From: the human T2T-CHM13v2.0 reference genome, Homo sapiens
DNA length: 64,000 nt
NCBI RefSeq assembly: GCF_009914755.1
Contig: NC_060935.1
Strand: one strand, 5' to 3'
Both the position numbers and the translations under genes were made by a program. The notes under the pieces are model-generated. The model did no database searches, was not told the origin of the DNA, and worked only from the letters and a program-made list of their open reading frames with translations. Of the stretch, positions 40,731-55,400 are shown piece after piece; position 1 is the first letter of the stretch, and each line of letters begins with the position of its first letter.

Positions 40731-41952
40731 GATACTTACCCTTGTCTTTATTTACTTCTTATAATTTTTGTGTTTAATTTGAAGTTTTAAAGGGAGAAAG
40801 TTTTTATCACTAACATTTCTTTCGTTCTACTATAAGCATTTAGAACTATAAATTCTCGCTCATAAACATTGTTATCTGCAACCCACAAATTTTGATATGT
40901 TGTGTTTAATTCTCATTCAATTAAAAGCATTTTCTCATTTTCCTTGTGATTGCGTCTTTGATCCATGAGTTATTTAAAAGTGAATATTTCATTTCCAAAT
41001 ATCTAGAGATTTTCCAGATATCTTTCTAATATTAATCGTCATATTCACTCAGCCTCCATTCAGTTGTAGTTAGATAGCATACTCTGAATTATTTTAATCA
41101 CTTTAAATCTATTTAAACTCATTTTATGGTTCAGCATATGATCATTTTGGTGAATGTTTCCTGTGAAAATGAAAATAATGTGTATTCTGCAATTGTCAGG
41201 TATACTGAATGAGTTTCTAGTGCTAATCAAGTCCTTTATATTCTTACTGTACCACTTACTAAGAGAGATATATTGAAGTCTGAAACTGTAATTCTGAAAT
41301 CCTCTATTTCTCCTTTTATTTCCCTGTTTAATTTAATGTATTTTGAAACACTGTGATTAGGTCCATACACATTTTGGATTGTTTTGTCTGAAAAAAATCA
41401 CCATTTTATGATTAATATTCCTCTTTATCTCTGGTAATAATCTTTACACCGAGGGAATGTATAATATGAATATAGCCACTCCAGCTTTCTTATTTTTAGT
41501 ATTTATATAGTATAACTTCTTTCATCCTTTTAATTTTAAACAATGTATATCTTTGCATTTAATATGCACCTCCTGAATACAGCATATGGTTGGTTTTTAC
41601 TTCTTTCATCAGTCCTAAATCTCTGCTTTTTTAGGTGAAGTGATTTGTATTTAATATCATTATTTATATGGTGACTTTAATATGCTGGATGTGGTTTTTT
41701 TGGTCCTGATTATTACTTTTTCATTATTTCTACCCTTCCTGTATTTCTTTTGTTAAGCATTATTTTAGCAACGTATTTTGTCTTTGTTTTGTTAGTTATA
41801 ACTTACGGGTTTTTTTAGTGGTTTCTTTAGAGTTTAAAATGTATTTCTTTAATGTATCACATTCTACCTTCAAATAATATTATACCACTTCAGTTACAAG
41901 AATTTTACAACGTATGCTTCTATTGTCAACCTTCCATTCTTTCTGTTTTTCT

Positions 41953-42045
41953 TTTTTTTTTTTTAATTATTCTTTAAGTTCTGGGGTACATGTGCACAAG
42001 GTGCAAGTTTGTTACATAGGTATACATGTGCCATGTTGGTTTGCT
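41953..42045 (-). mobile_element. Very short L1PA 3' end
   Basis: Poly-T then TTTAAGTTCTGGGGTACATGTGCAC..GGTATACATGTGCCATGTTGGTTTGCT. Confidence 0.88.
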
Positions 42046-45000
42046 TATAAGTTTTATTTCTGCACATATTATAAGGATGCACAGTTTATAACCACAAATA
42101 CATTTTTATTATTTATATTTTATAGTGAAATATCATTTAAATTAATTTCAAAATAAGACACAAATATTTAATTTATTTCCTTTATATAGGTCTTAATTTC
42201 CATCTGGTATTATTTACCTTCAACCTGAAGGACCTCCTTTAACATATCATGTAGTGCGGATCTGCCAGTGGCAAATTCTTTTAACTCTTGTTTTCCTGAA
42301 AATGTCTTTTGTTAGCTTCCTTCATATTTGAAGAAATTTTCTCTACATAAAATTCTAAGTTACATATTTTTCTCCTTCAGTAATTTAAAGTTATCATTTC
42401 ATTGTCTTTTGCCTTGTATTTTTTTTGATAAGTAAATAGAAACATTACTGTTCCCCTGAATATAATGTGCTATTTTTGTCTGACTGATTTTAATATTTTC
42501 TTTCTATCAACTTTTTAGCAGTTTGATTATAATGTGCTTTGATGTGGTTTTGAGTTCATCCTGCATGCTGTTTCTTGAAATTCACAAATATGTGTTCCAT
42601 ATTTTTTTCAGTTTTGGAATTTTTTTCAACCCTGATATCTAAGATTTTTTTTCTGCCCCAATACCACCCTCTCCATTCCTCCTTTGACTCCAAATTACAT
42701 ACAGATAGGACCAGGTGATAAAGTTTGACAAGTCACTAAAACTCTGTTTATTTAGATTCAGCTTTTCATCTTTTGGCATCAGTTTCCATAGTTTATTTTG
42801 CCCCTTTCCACTAATTTACTAATATTTCATTCTGCAGTGAATAATCCGCTGTTAATCCTATCTAGTACTTTTTTTCAGATATTACATTTTTCATCTCTAT
42901 ACTAAATAGGATCATTGAGATTCTTTTCATGTCTTCCATTTCTAGACCCTCTAGACTCAATAGGGCCCTTTTTATATATTTTATTTCTCTGTTGAAATTA
43001 TTTTTCCTAATCATAGGAATATATATTTACCTTTATACACTTGAATATATTTATAACTATTTTTATAACTATTTTAAAGTCCTTTTCTGATAATTCTACT
43101 ATACCTATAATTAGATGATCAGTTTCTATTAAATTATTTTTCCCCTGGTTATAGGACATATTTTTCTGCCTCTTCACATCTCTCATATATTTTGGTTGTA
43201 TTATGGATATAACGGATGCTGCGTTGTTGACTGAACGTTGCTGTATTCCTGAATAAAATACTGAGTTTGTTCCAGCAGGCACTACATTTCCTTGTTGACT
43301 ACTTGGTTCTTTGAGTCTTATTTTGCGATATATCAGAGTGGTTCTAGAGTAACATTTTCTCTAAAGCTAAACAGTGCTACTTCTGGAGCATGGCCCCTCT
43401 AGGTTCTCTGCTGAATTTCTAGGGTATTCAACAAGGTTTTTCCACTCTGAGTGGCTTGAACTTGAATGCCCATCAGCACTGCGAAAGCTCAGATCAGCTC
43501 ACAGCTCCCTGGCTGTTGTTCATCCTTTAGTAGCTGTTCTTTGCTGGGCTATATGAAATCCCACTCTGCACACGTATAGATTAGTATTTGGCCAATGAAT
43601 CAAGTGTTCCCCTATGCAAATTTCTGATCCTCCTTTCCCATATAAAGCTGTCCTGCCCAGTACCCCATCACCTCACAAATTCTAATTGCCTTATTACCCC
43701 CAAACTATAAACTCTGAATACTCAGTTCATTGGGACCCCTAGGTTCTATTTAGGCTTTTCCTTCCTGCACTGGCATTTGAAGAGCATTTCCACACAGAAA
43801 TCCACTGCCTTGTATGTGATATAAATGACTTATCTATGGCATGACTACCATATTCTCTGTCATTTTAGATGAAATGTCCAAGGCCAGCCTAATACAACTT
43901 GTTGGCTTTTTCCTGTGCTTATGTAAAAGCTCTAGCCAGATGCTCATCATCACATTTTGTCTTTTAAGCACTTTATATGGTAGAAAGCCCGTTTTAGCTT
44001 TTTTACATTTGGAATTCTCACTATAGTGTTCAGACTGCAGTTGGCTTTAGGATAAGGAGATGCGCTAGAAACAAGCCTTCTGGTAGGTAATTAATCACTT
44101 ATAATCAGCATTTATGGCCATTCACAGAAGATGAGAGAGTCAAGTGGAGAAAGAAGTGACTTCACCATCTTTTCAGGGTTATTACAAATTCTGCTAAGGT
44201 TACACTCATTAAAATTGCTATTAACTTTCCTTCCCCCGTCAGGATAGTTAATTAATTCTTCTTTATATTTTAAGATTATAGCAATTAAGGGGAAAAAAAT
44301 AAGAGTTAACATGTCCATACTTGGGGCAACCTGATTTCTTTAGGAAATTGTTAAAAGAGCCTGAAAGAAAAAGGTCATATGAAAATGTAATAAGTTATTC
44401 TAAGCCCCCAGCTTAAAAGGCAAAAATCAGCAGTCAGTGGATATTTTAGACCCACCTCACCAATCTGGCCTCAATTCCTCATCTGTTTTGTTTTCCTGAA
44501 TAGTGTTTTTCACTTTGATGTAGAAGGCCCAGGTTTTATGAAACCCATTTTATGCAACTCCAAGTAAACTCTTTAAGGAAATAAATACAAAATTACAAAT
44601 ACAAAATCACTAAGAACTTCCCAGGACCCAGCAAGGGGCCAGTGAAAGTGGTAAATCTGCTCTTGTTGATATTGCTCTCCAGCAAATTGCATTTTTAAAT
44701 CTTCTACAATGTATGCAATGACATTTTGTACCTGTTTTATCTTTAGTCATTTTATATTTTCTGTGATTAGTTCATTCTTTATCTTCCCCATATCTTTTCT
44801 ATAATATCTATTTAATCTGAGTGAATGCCTAATCTTTGAGAATAAAATTGCTAATATTTTTAAAGCAATGTGCTGGGCAATCTTCTAAGTTCTTTATGTG
44901 TATGAAGTCATTTAATGTTGCAAATATTTTGTAAAGTAGATACCATACTATATTTTCTATGTTTTACAGCTAGGAACACTGACACATAAAGAGGCTCACA

Positions 45001-45586
45001 ACTAGTCAAAATGGCAGAGTCTGTCTGTGAACGAGAACCAGGCTCCAGAACATGGGCTGTTAAACATGATGCTCTTCTGCTTCTCTTTGATTTATGGATG
45101 TTGAGTGTTGGGAGGATACACATGATTTTGAGCAGTTATCTTAAGTGTGTGGGGCTAAAAACACCTGGTCAAATGCTAGTATTGGTTGATACTGAAATTA
45201 AGAGCCCATGTAGTCAAGAATGAGACGCCAGAGGACAAAAGTGAATATTTTACTTATTTCCCCATCACCATCCTACTGCTATTATCAGATATGTGTTGGT
45301 ATGGCGATGGGAAGATGCTGAACTCAAATGAACAGCAAAAGATCTTGCAGTGAAAGATTGCTTTGAACATGTCATTGTGAATGTTTACTTTGTTGAACTT
45401 CATTTGAGATGTCCCATAGTCTACATCCAGGACACAGCAAACATCACTTAGGACCCCCCATGTCAAAAACTTTCCTTAGATTGAGCAAAATGATATCTGT
45501 CTTTACAACATTATCCTGGTGATTCTAATAAAGCCAGAACTACTGAGGAGGGTGAAAAAAAATATGCGGTATCAATAAAACAAACA

Positions 45587-45900
45587 GGCCAGCCGCGGTG
45601 GCTCATGCTTGTAATCCCAGCACTTTGGGAGGCCGAGGCAGGTAGATCAACTGAGGTCAGGATTTCGAGACCAGCCTGGCCAACATGGCGAAACCCCATC
45701 TCTACTAAAAATACAAAAATGAACCAGGAGTGGTGGTGCACACCTGTAGTCCCAGCTACTCAGGAGGCTGAGGCAGGAGACTCACCTGAACCCAGGAGGC
45801 AGAGGTTGCAGTGAGTGGAGATTGCACCACTGTACTCCAGCCTGGGTGACAGAACAAGACTCCATCTCAAAAAAAATTAAATAATTTAAAAAATAAAATA
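45587..45900 (+). mobile_element. Alu, AluSx-like
   Basis: Full dimer; perfect 14-bp TSD CAATAAAACAAACA at 45573-45586 and 45901-45914. Confidence 0.96.
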
Positions 45901-47483
45901 CAATAAAACAAACAGCTGCGGATTATCAGAACCCTGTTTAATTTACTTAGTCAAGAAATACTAACTGCAATTATATGAAGGATACTATATATAAAAATAA
46001 ATACCTAGATATAATTCTGAAGCTTCTGATGCAATGCATCTGAAATGAGCCCAAACATTTATATTTTTAAAATTATTCATTGTGACTTTGATGTCTAGCC
46101 AGGGTGGAGAGCTGCCTTAGATGAAGGAGAGAAGTGCTGTGGCATAGACAGTAGACGGTTATGGGAGCACAGAGAGGAATGCCCAATCTAGCATGTGGGG
46201 TGGTGAGAAGCAGATGACTTTTTTGGTAGACATTGAATTAAAGCTGAGACTTCAAGGATGAAGAGGGTTAAGTAGCTAAGATGAAACACAGTAAAAAAAA
46301 ATATATAGCATATTTTAAAACCCTCAGGCCTACATAAGAATACCTGGCAGAGGATAATCAGGAATGGAGCTTTTATTCACTGTGAGGCATGGGGAGGGTT
46401 TCTGGTGACTAAAGGAGGTCTCCTATGGGAAAGTTCAGCAGAAGGGGTCCCAAACTCATGTCTGAACCCTCTTATACCTTTGGGCAACAAAAAACTCAGT
46501 GGCTTCTAATTATTTTAACCGGAAAAATGAGTAAGTTATATCTAATCTGCTCCTGGGGAACTTCTCCCTTGGGCTACCCACCTATAGCATGCTACATCCC
46601 TCAGAAAAACAAAGGCTTCCCAATTGTTGTGTTTCATGGAGTTGTTAATGGAAACTCACCTACTTTCTTCAGAAGAGACTAGCAACAAACCATGAAAACA
46701 AAAAAAAGCCTATGTTTCTCACTCAACACAAACTTGTTTTAAATAATTTATATCAACTCAAGCTGTTTCCTCATTTACTTAGTTCACATTCCTTGTATCA
46801 TACTCATGTCTGTGTGGAAAGTCATTTTGTGGGCAGAAAAATTCATTTTAAAAATAAATTTTAATTATACAAATAATATATGAATATATTCTTTGGATGA
46901 ATGATTAAAACATTACACATAAATTTTCTTTAACTTCTATGCCCATCTTGATTCCTTCCTCAGATGTAACCACCATTATCAATTTATTGTGAGTCTTTCC
47001 AGATTCTTTTTATATGAATTTATAGAAACCATATATCATTAATTTATGGGTTTTTAAATGTATATAAATATACATAAATAACCTTATCCTGGATTTCTGC
47101 CTTTTTCACACAACAATTTTTTCTAGGAGATTAAGCAGTACCTTGTGTAAAATAGAAGTCTGATAAATAAATAAATAATGAATGAATAATTTCAAACATG
47201 AATGATTTCAGACCCCTCAGTGGAACAGACCTAAATTTGAATCTTAGCTCTGCAACTTACTAATAATTTGACTTTGGTCGAATCACAACTTCTTTTAGGC
47301 CATTTCTTTATTTTTGAAATGGAGATGATACTACTTATCTCACAGGATTACTGTAGTAAAATATCTAGAATAGTATCTGTCCTAGAAAAAAATAATGTTG
47401 ACTCTATCTTCACCTTATATTCATTCACTCTTAATGCTTGGTACAGCACTCCTCTCCTTCTAATCCAATGGGTGGTTGATGGT

Positions 47484-47859
47484 TGATATGGTTTGGCTCT
47501 GTGTCCCCACCAAAATCTCATTTCAAATCAGAATCCAAACTATAATCCCCGCATGTGGAGGGAGGGACCTGGTGGGAGGTGATGGGATCATCTGGGTGGT
47601 TTTCCCCATGCCGTTCTCATGATAGTGAGAGCATTCTCATGAGAGCTGATGGTTTTAAAGTGTGACACTTCCTTGCTTCTCTCCTCTACTGCCGCCTTGT
47701 GAAGAAGATACCTGTCTCCCCTTCACCTTCCGCCATGATTGTAAGGTTCCTGAGGCCTCCCCAGACATGTGGAACTGTGGGTCGATTAAACCTCTTTCCT
47801 TTACAAATTACCCAGTCCCAGGTAATATCTTTATAGCAGTGTGAAAATGGACCAATACA
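47484..47859 (+). mobile_element. MSTA/MSTB (MaLR) solo LTR
   Basis: TGATATGGTTTGGCTCTGTGTCCCCACC..CTTTATAGCAGTGTGAAAATGGACCAATACA. Confidence 0.92.
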
Positions 47860-48624
47860 ACGGCTACAAGCAAAATCTTCCAAATACCTCCTGGAAATGT
47901 CCACCTGGATGTCCCCATCGGTGTGTCCAAAATCATAATATCCCATCTCAAACCAGCTTCTTTTCCTAAGAAACCTACATCTGCTTGCTAGGTAGCATGG
48001 CTTCATCTTTGTACCTTGATGGTTTATTCCACATCCTGACATGTTCCATCCGCTTCTACAGTTCAGATCCTCATTGTAGCTTTCCTGGATCAGAGTCCTT
48101 ACCTTGTAATTAACCTATCAGTCTTTAGCACCTTATACACTAGCTCCCAGTTCCTCATTAGCCCTAATTACCAGTAACCCTTTCTGTCATCCAAGATAAG
48201 AGTCAGCATCTTGAATCTGGCATTTGGAGCTTTTTACAGTCTGACCCCAGTTGGTGTTTCCAAATGTATTTCACATTTCTCATATACCAATAGCTCCAAC
48301 AAAATCAGCTGCTCTCTGTGGACTGTTTCCATGCATTTTCGAATCTCTGTGTCTTTGTTTATGTTGCTCTGAATGTATCAAATATCCTTTCTCCCATCCT
48401 CATCTCTGCACATTGAGTGCAGAGACACTTGTGCAGAGACCCAAGACAAAATATAATATGGTGAATTTAAACACAATATTTGGAGCCAAACACACATGAG
48501 TTTAAACCCTAACTCTGTCCCTAATTATGTATATAATATATTTTTAATTTATCTTTTCTTCACTTAAACAGGAAAAATAATAGAAACTACTTCATAGGAT
48601 TCTAAGAACAAATTAAGATAACAT

Positions 48625-48930
48625 ATGAAGGAGCTGAGGAAATGTTGGGCAAAGAACACTAAATTTCAGTTAGACAGGAAGACTAAGTGCAAGGTATCTA
48701 TTTTACAAAATGGTGACTATAGTTAATAAAAATGTAATGCATTCTTGAAAATTACTAAGAGTAGATTTCAAGTGTTCTCACCACAAAAAATAATGATATG
48801 TATGTGAGGTAACGTATGTGGTAGCTAGCTTGATTTAGTCACTCCACATGTATACATATTTCAAAACATGTTATACACAATAAATATATACAGTTTTTAT
48901 TTGTCAATTAAGATAAATAAATAAAAATAA
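48625..48930 (+). mobile_element. L1MA 3' end fragment
   Basis: AAATTTCAGTTAGACAGGA..GGTGACTATAGTTAATAA..GTGTTCTCACCACAAAAAA..TTTTATTTGTCAATTA. Confidence 0.85.
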
Positions 48931-50589
48931 TCATAGGCATATCTTTACTCCTTCATATTGCCTTGGAGCCTTCCTATGAACAAAGCTAGGCACATTAGTC
49001 CCCACACAAATCACCAACACAGCTAGTGCAAAGCCCCATTAAGGATACAAAGATGGACTGCTGAGAGAGATGGATCCCCCCAATCCCCATGCAGGAGGGT
49101 TTGCGTAAGACGAAAGAGAAAGAGAGAGAGGGAAAAAGAGAGGGAGGGGAGAGAGAGAAAGAGAGAGCGTGCATATATAAAGTTAGACAGAAAACCGGTG
49201 CTAGGTAATTAACTGTCACTATCAAAGCTATTTAATGTCTACTTCAAATACTATTCCTTCCATGAGGTCCTCCCTAATCCTACAAGATATAAGTTATTTC
49301 TGAACAGCAGCACCATTTCAATTGTGCCCCCTTTAAGGTATTTATAACTTTATACATTACTGAGTAATTACATTTTCATCAAGCATAATTTTTGAACCCA
49401 AAACTGCAATGGGTTTTCCAAAGGATTTTTGAGTCTGTATCAATTATATAAGAAAGTATCAGAGAAGTAGTTTAGATGTGATAAATACATGTTTCTAAAA
49501 TATCTTGATTTTTTTAAGAAATATGGTACAGATCAGTTGAAATCAGAACTCTTTTAAAACCTCAAACCACAAGGTCACTGCACACATATGAACTGTAACC
49601 TCCTTGGGGATAGTGTCCAGCTTTCCTTTTGAGCTCACCTGTGATGCTCAACATAGGACATTCACAAAACTTTTATGAATGAAGCCCTATTCTTAAGAAA
49701 GGAATGAAGTAAATAGTAACACCCATCGCTAGATTTTAAATCAGATGTTCTTTCCTATGCTAATTGTGTCTCTTCAAGTCCCCTATTTAATTGGTCAGAA
49801 AATAATGTTACATAGATAATGTTCACAAATGAGGAAGATACAGAGGTTTATGATACTGTGAGTTGGAGAAGAAATTTATTTTCACAAAGCTTCTCTGATG
49901 ATATATCTATGTAAGCTTCAGGGTCCCAATGACCCTTTAAATTATTGATGATTGCACATACAACTCCAAATCTGATAACTATGTGTAGCAGTATTTTAAA
50001 GGAATGATTGACAAGGCCTTTTATCATCAAAATAATCAAATAATCTTTATTTGACTAGGTAAGATTTAACTTTTTGTATGCTAAGGGTTTTTTTTAAGAA
50101 AATTAGGCAAAAACTGTAACAGAATTTTAAATGTTACTTTGGCTCTCTTTACTCTCCTTCCTGTGTTTTCATGATCACTCAATGGAAAGCAATATTCAAC
50201 ACGGTCTGTTGCAGATAAATATATTCTGCGTCATATCGTTTCATGAAATTTGGAGCCATAAAGAAAGCCTGTCTCCTGGAACAGAGAACAGAAAGCAGTA
50301 AGATTATTTGTGTGATGGTCAAAATAGTCCTGAAAATTTGTTCCATGAGCTTATTAGAGGTAAAAATTATTAGTAGTTAATAGTAACAGTAAATCACATA
50401 TAAGATACATAACATGTAATATATAATTTATATATATAATCTATATGTACCTGTATGATTTCAGTATGCTCACCTATACTACTGTATGAGTGAGCTCTGT
50501 ATTTATTACTCATATTAGTTAATTTATATTATATAATTCAATATGAAAGTATGTAAGCCAAAGCCTATAAGCTACTATATGTTTTTCTT

Positions 50590-50926
<337 letters not shown>

Positions 50927-53485
50927 TACTACTGTATGGTTTTCTAAATAAATGCCTTAAAATAGAAATCCTGGGAAAAGGGATTTCCACCTTTAAGACA
51001 GAACTAGATTTCAACAAAATCTTCAGAGGTTAATAAAGAACTGTTAGTAATTACCCTTATTTTGTCAAGCCCCACCTTCTATGAGGGTAGGAAGCTTGGC
51101 AGAAACAACAAATCGGGTATTAAAAACAAAAAGATTCTGCTGATTAAACCAAACAAAAACAATCACGCTGGGACGGGTAGTGCCTAAGGGCTGATCACTC
51201 CCATCTGTTTTTGATCCTCAGAAGACAGTGAACACAGTAGAGGATAAAACCAGTTAGGACTCCTTCTGAAACTCATATTTTTTAAAAATAACAATAATTC
51301 CAGAAAGTTTTCTTTACTAGGAGAGTTAGAAATGAGAAAAGAAAACCCAAAGGGGTATTTAATTCCAGGAATGACTGAGCTATAGATAAGCTCAAGAGCT
51401 AAATACCTACATTATGACTAAAGAAAAAAATCACAGATCGATATTTAGAGCAGAAAATGCATATATTAAGTGTTGATAAAATGGAAAATTGGTGCGAAAA
51501 GTGCCAAATTGTGCTTAAGTTGTTATATTTCCATGAATATTGCTCTAAATTGTATATAAATATTTCATATGTCAGAGATTAGTTCATTGTTATGCTTCTT
51601 TAAAGATAATTGAATTTGCATAGGAAAAGCATTTTTTTTAGTTAGAAAGAACTTGAAAATTACCTAGTTTAACCCTCTCATTTTACAAATGAGAAAATGG
51701 ATTTTTTTTTCATTTTAAAAATATGCAGATTTTTCTGGCATATTTGAATGTCTTATCAAAGGTCACCCTGCTAGAGATAGGGAGGGGCTGAACTCCAAGT
51801 TTAGGTAGCACAATATTCACCATCAAGTGGTTTTATATATAGACTTAGAGCCTCGAGGTTTGAATCCTATCTGTACCAGTCATTAGCTATATGATCTTGG
51901 GGAAGGCCTCAGTTTCCCCATATAAGAACAATAATTGGGTTTACCTGATAACGTTAATCTTCATAAAAGTGACATGTATACTCCACAGAAAGATACTTAT
52001 CATAATGCCTCGTATATAATAAGTATCCAATGAATGTTACTATCATTAAATATTATTTTGTGTTGAAATACAAAACTCCATCAAACCTAAATAGGATGCT
52101 CACCATCCAGGTCAGTGTTTCCTAACACAACTTCATATAAGAATATCCCAAAGAGCTTTTTAGAAGCACGGACTCCTTGACCTTGTCCCATTTATAACTT
52201 ATCAAAAACTCAGGGAAGCATCTTGGGATAATGGATATTTTTAGTAAGTTCTCCCAAAGGATTCTGATATAGTGCAGTTGGTATTAAACACACAAATAAG
52301 CATTTGGGAACCACTGGCATGACTACAGAGATGTGATCCAAGATCATCTTTCTCTCCAAAGAGATATTCAAATAGATGCCCAAATGAAAAGCCTAGTGGC
52401 TTAGAAAGACTAGAAAGAAATAATAAAGTCATACAAAATAACCCCTTAGACCAAATGAAGCAGTAAATGTCATAGCTGTCATCAAAACAGCATAGAGAAG
52501 TATCCAGAAATTCTTACTGTTAAACTTTGTTCCTACAAACATCACTATTGTTTTATAGCTCTAGATTTAGCCCCCTAAAGTTCTGCCAGCAACAAGGAGA
52601 CATTCCCTCCAGAGTCTTGGGATGGAACCTAGTATAAACCATTATTTGGTTCTTGTTCTGATCATAGATAACACTCTCCCTAGAAATAAAAAAGACAATC
52701 TGAAGCAAAACAGGGAATCCTATCTCTTGCAGTTCTCAAACAGCTCAGAGCCCTAAGTTAGTAATTAACAGTTTCAAAAAGACAGGGGCAATGCAAACAA
52801 TCTTTCTGAGCTCTAGCTAAGTAGAAACCCTGTTCATGAAGAACTGAACGTGAAAGATATATTGACAGCAGAGACGTAGATCTCTGTAATTAACATAAAG
52901 AAAAATAATGAGTACCCTGGGCAATGATGAGGCTCAAAAATGGAGAAGGTGTGGCTAGAAGACCGTGATCAGACATGCCCAAAAATATTACCTTACCACC
53001 CGCCCTAAAGATCCACCAAAAATCTGATAAGGACACAGTGGTAGCTAACCATAACTTCGTAACAAGAAACATATGGCTATGATGTTAACTTTCAGCAAAT
53101 TTTATGTAGTCTACTGTGATGAATTAGTCACAGGTTTCCTAATGATATTTTTGTGGTTTTTATTAAGGTCTGCTTCAAAAGAAATGCAGTAGTTATTGTC
53201 AGGGAATGAACCTGAATTAGGAGGGCCCAAATGCTATCCCCAGTCACTACACTGATATGACAAATGGGTTGATGAGGAAAAGAGCACCTGGGGGTGCTCC
53301 TTATTAAGTTGTTCCTGACTTAATAAATATGTCCTCATATGACACCTTGGCCCAACCTCTTTCAGCCTCTTATTTGATCATAAAAAAGACTTATAAACAA
53401 AATTCATATGTTGCATCAAGATTATTCTGACCCATTTGTCAAATATATGGAGGTGTGATGGAAGAGAATTCTATGGCTATGCTAC

Positions 53486-53857
53486 TGATATAGACAGGAA
53501 ACAGGGAATTACTGGGTAGAAGAGGGCAGCTCTACAGCAAAACACCCACCCCCAAGCCTGGAAACCCAGGACCCTAAATGAGAACAGGCGTTCTTGTTTT
53601 CCATTTGTTGCCAAATGTTGCCTTTTGACCCTCCACATCCCCCATTCTGTACCCATATAAACCCCAAACCCCAGGCACCATGAGCAGACAAGCAGATGAG
53701 CAGACAGGAGGACAAACAGAATAGCAGAAGAACAGCAGAATATTCTTCGCAGCAGAGAGAAGAGAAGGAGCGTCTGTAGGCAGAGAAGAGATAGGCTGCT
53801 GGATGGACAAACCCCAGGGGAAAGTCATCTTTCCACTCCATCCCCCTTCCGGCTCTG
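53486..53857 (+). mobile_element. 3'-truncated ERV1-class LTR (LTR27/MER52-like)
   Basis: TGATA..GACAGGA..CAGGGAA..ACTGGGTAGAAGAGGGC start; TGTACCCATATAAACCCC TATA region; CATCTTTCCACTCCATCCCC; family name from memory. Confidence 0.7.
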
Positions 53858-53908
53858 GTGGGACAACGAAACAGCACTGAAGGAAATGACAAGAAACCTA
53901 GAATCTCC

Positions 53909-54206
53909 TTTTTTTTTTTTTTTTTGAGATGGAGCCTTGCTCTGTCGCCCAGGCTGGAGTATAATGGTGCAATCTCCGCTCACTGAAAGCTCCGCCTCCC
54001 GGGTTCACGCCATTCTCTTGCCTCAGCCTCCAGAGTGGCTGGAACTACAGGTGCCCACCACCATGCCCAGCTAATTATTTTGAATTTTTAGTAGAGATGG
54101 AGTTTCACCGTGTAGCCAGGATGGTCTCGATCTCCTGAGCTCATGATCCGCCCGCCTCGGCCTCCCAAAGTGCTGGAATTACAGGTGTGAGCCACCGTGC
54201 CTGGCC
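53909..54206 (-). mobile_element. AluY-like element abutting the ERV9 5' LTR
   Basis: AAGCTCCGCCTCCCGGGTTCACGCCATTCTC and GCCAGGATGGTCTCGATCTCC diagnostics; ends CCTGGCC 6 nt before the LTR. Confidence 0.93.
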
Positions 54207-54869
54207 CCCTAGTGAAAGGTGACAGCGTGCTGGCAGTCCTCACAGCCCTCACTCGATCTCAGCGCCTCCTCTGCCTGGGCTTCCACTTTGGTGGCACTTG
54301 AGGAGCCCTTCAGCCCACTGCTGTACTGTGGGAGCCCCTTTCTGGGCTGGCCAAGGCCGGAGCCAGCTCCCTCAGCTTGCAGGGAGGTGGGAGAGAGAGG
54401 CGCCAACAAGAACCGGGGCTGCGTGGGCCGCTTGCGGGCCAGCTGGAGTTGCGGGTGGGCGTGGGCTTGGCGGGCCCTGCACTCGGAGCACCCGGCCTGC
54501 CCTGCCCGCCTGGGTAGTGAGGGGCTTAGCACCCGGGCCAGTGGCTGCGGAGGGTGTACTGGGTCCCCCAGTAGTGCCAGCCCACCTGTGCTGTGTTCCA
54601 TTTCTCACCGGGCCTTAGCTGCCTTCCCACCGGGCTTAGGACCTGCAGCCCGCCATGCCTGAGCCTCCCACCCCTTCCATGGGCTCCAGCGTGGCCCAAG
54701 CCTCCCCGATGAGCCCCGCCCCCTGCTCCATGGCACCCAGTCCCATCCACCACCCAAGGGCTGAGTAGTGCGGGCGCATGGTGCGAGACTGGCAGGCAGC
54801 TCCACCTGCAGCCCTGGTGCAGGATCCACTGGGTGAAGCCAGCTGGGCTCCTGAGTCTGGTGGGGACAT

Positions 54870-55400
54870 GGAGAACCTTTATGTCTAGCCCAGGGATTGT
54901 AAATACACCAATCAGCACTCGGTATCTAGCTCAGGGTTTGTGAATACACCAATGGACACTCTGTATCTAGCTACCCTGGTGGGGCCTTGGAGAACCTTTA
55001 TGTCTAGCTCAGGGATTGTAAACACACCAATCAGCACCCTGTGTCTAGCTCATGGTTTGTGAGTGCACCAATCAACACTGTATCTAGCTGCTCTGGTGGG
55101 GCTTTGGAGAACCTTTATGTCTAACTCAGGGATTGTAAATACACCAATCGGCACTCTGTATCTAGCTCAAGGTTTGTAAACACACCAATCAGCACCCTGT
55201 GTCTAGCTCAGGGTTTCTGAGTGCACCAATCGACACTCTGTATCTAGTTACTCTGGTGGGGCCTTGGAGAACCTTTGTGTGGACACTCTGTATCTAGCTA
55301 ATCTAAGTGGGGACATGGAGAACCTTTGTGTCTAGCTCAGGGATTGTAAATGCATCAATCAGCGCCCTGTCGAAACAGACCACTGGGCTGTACCAATCAG
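54870..55400 (+). promoter_or_regulatory. LTR12 U3 enhancer tandem array (NF-Y CCAAT and GATA motifs), 5' LTR
   Basis: Recurrent ACACCAATC, TGTATCTAGCT and GGAGAACCTTT units; ERV9 U3 repeats are established NF-Y/GATA binding modules. Confidence 0.85.

Larger units (their letters stand above)
37440..43800 (-). mobile_element. Long degraded antisense L1M with nested elements
   Basis: T-rich strand; GTTTATCCATGATGTTGCATGTATCAG, TTGATGAGCAGAAG-like, CCCACAAATTTTGATATGTTGTGT, ORF1-antisense strings near 42200-43300; may be more than one element. Confidence 0.75.

Noticed and set aside
54209-54918. Many overlapping 74-147 aa ORFs on both strands, mirrored at 61762-62388
   Set aside because: Stop-poor GC-rich LTR12 U3; frames are not preserved between the two LTR copies
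54870-55400. Regularly spaced repeats superficially like a CRISPR array (also 62340-63030)
   Set aside because: The intervening sequences are themselves repeated, there are no cas genes, and the context is a eukaryotic LTR enhancer array
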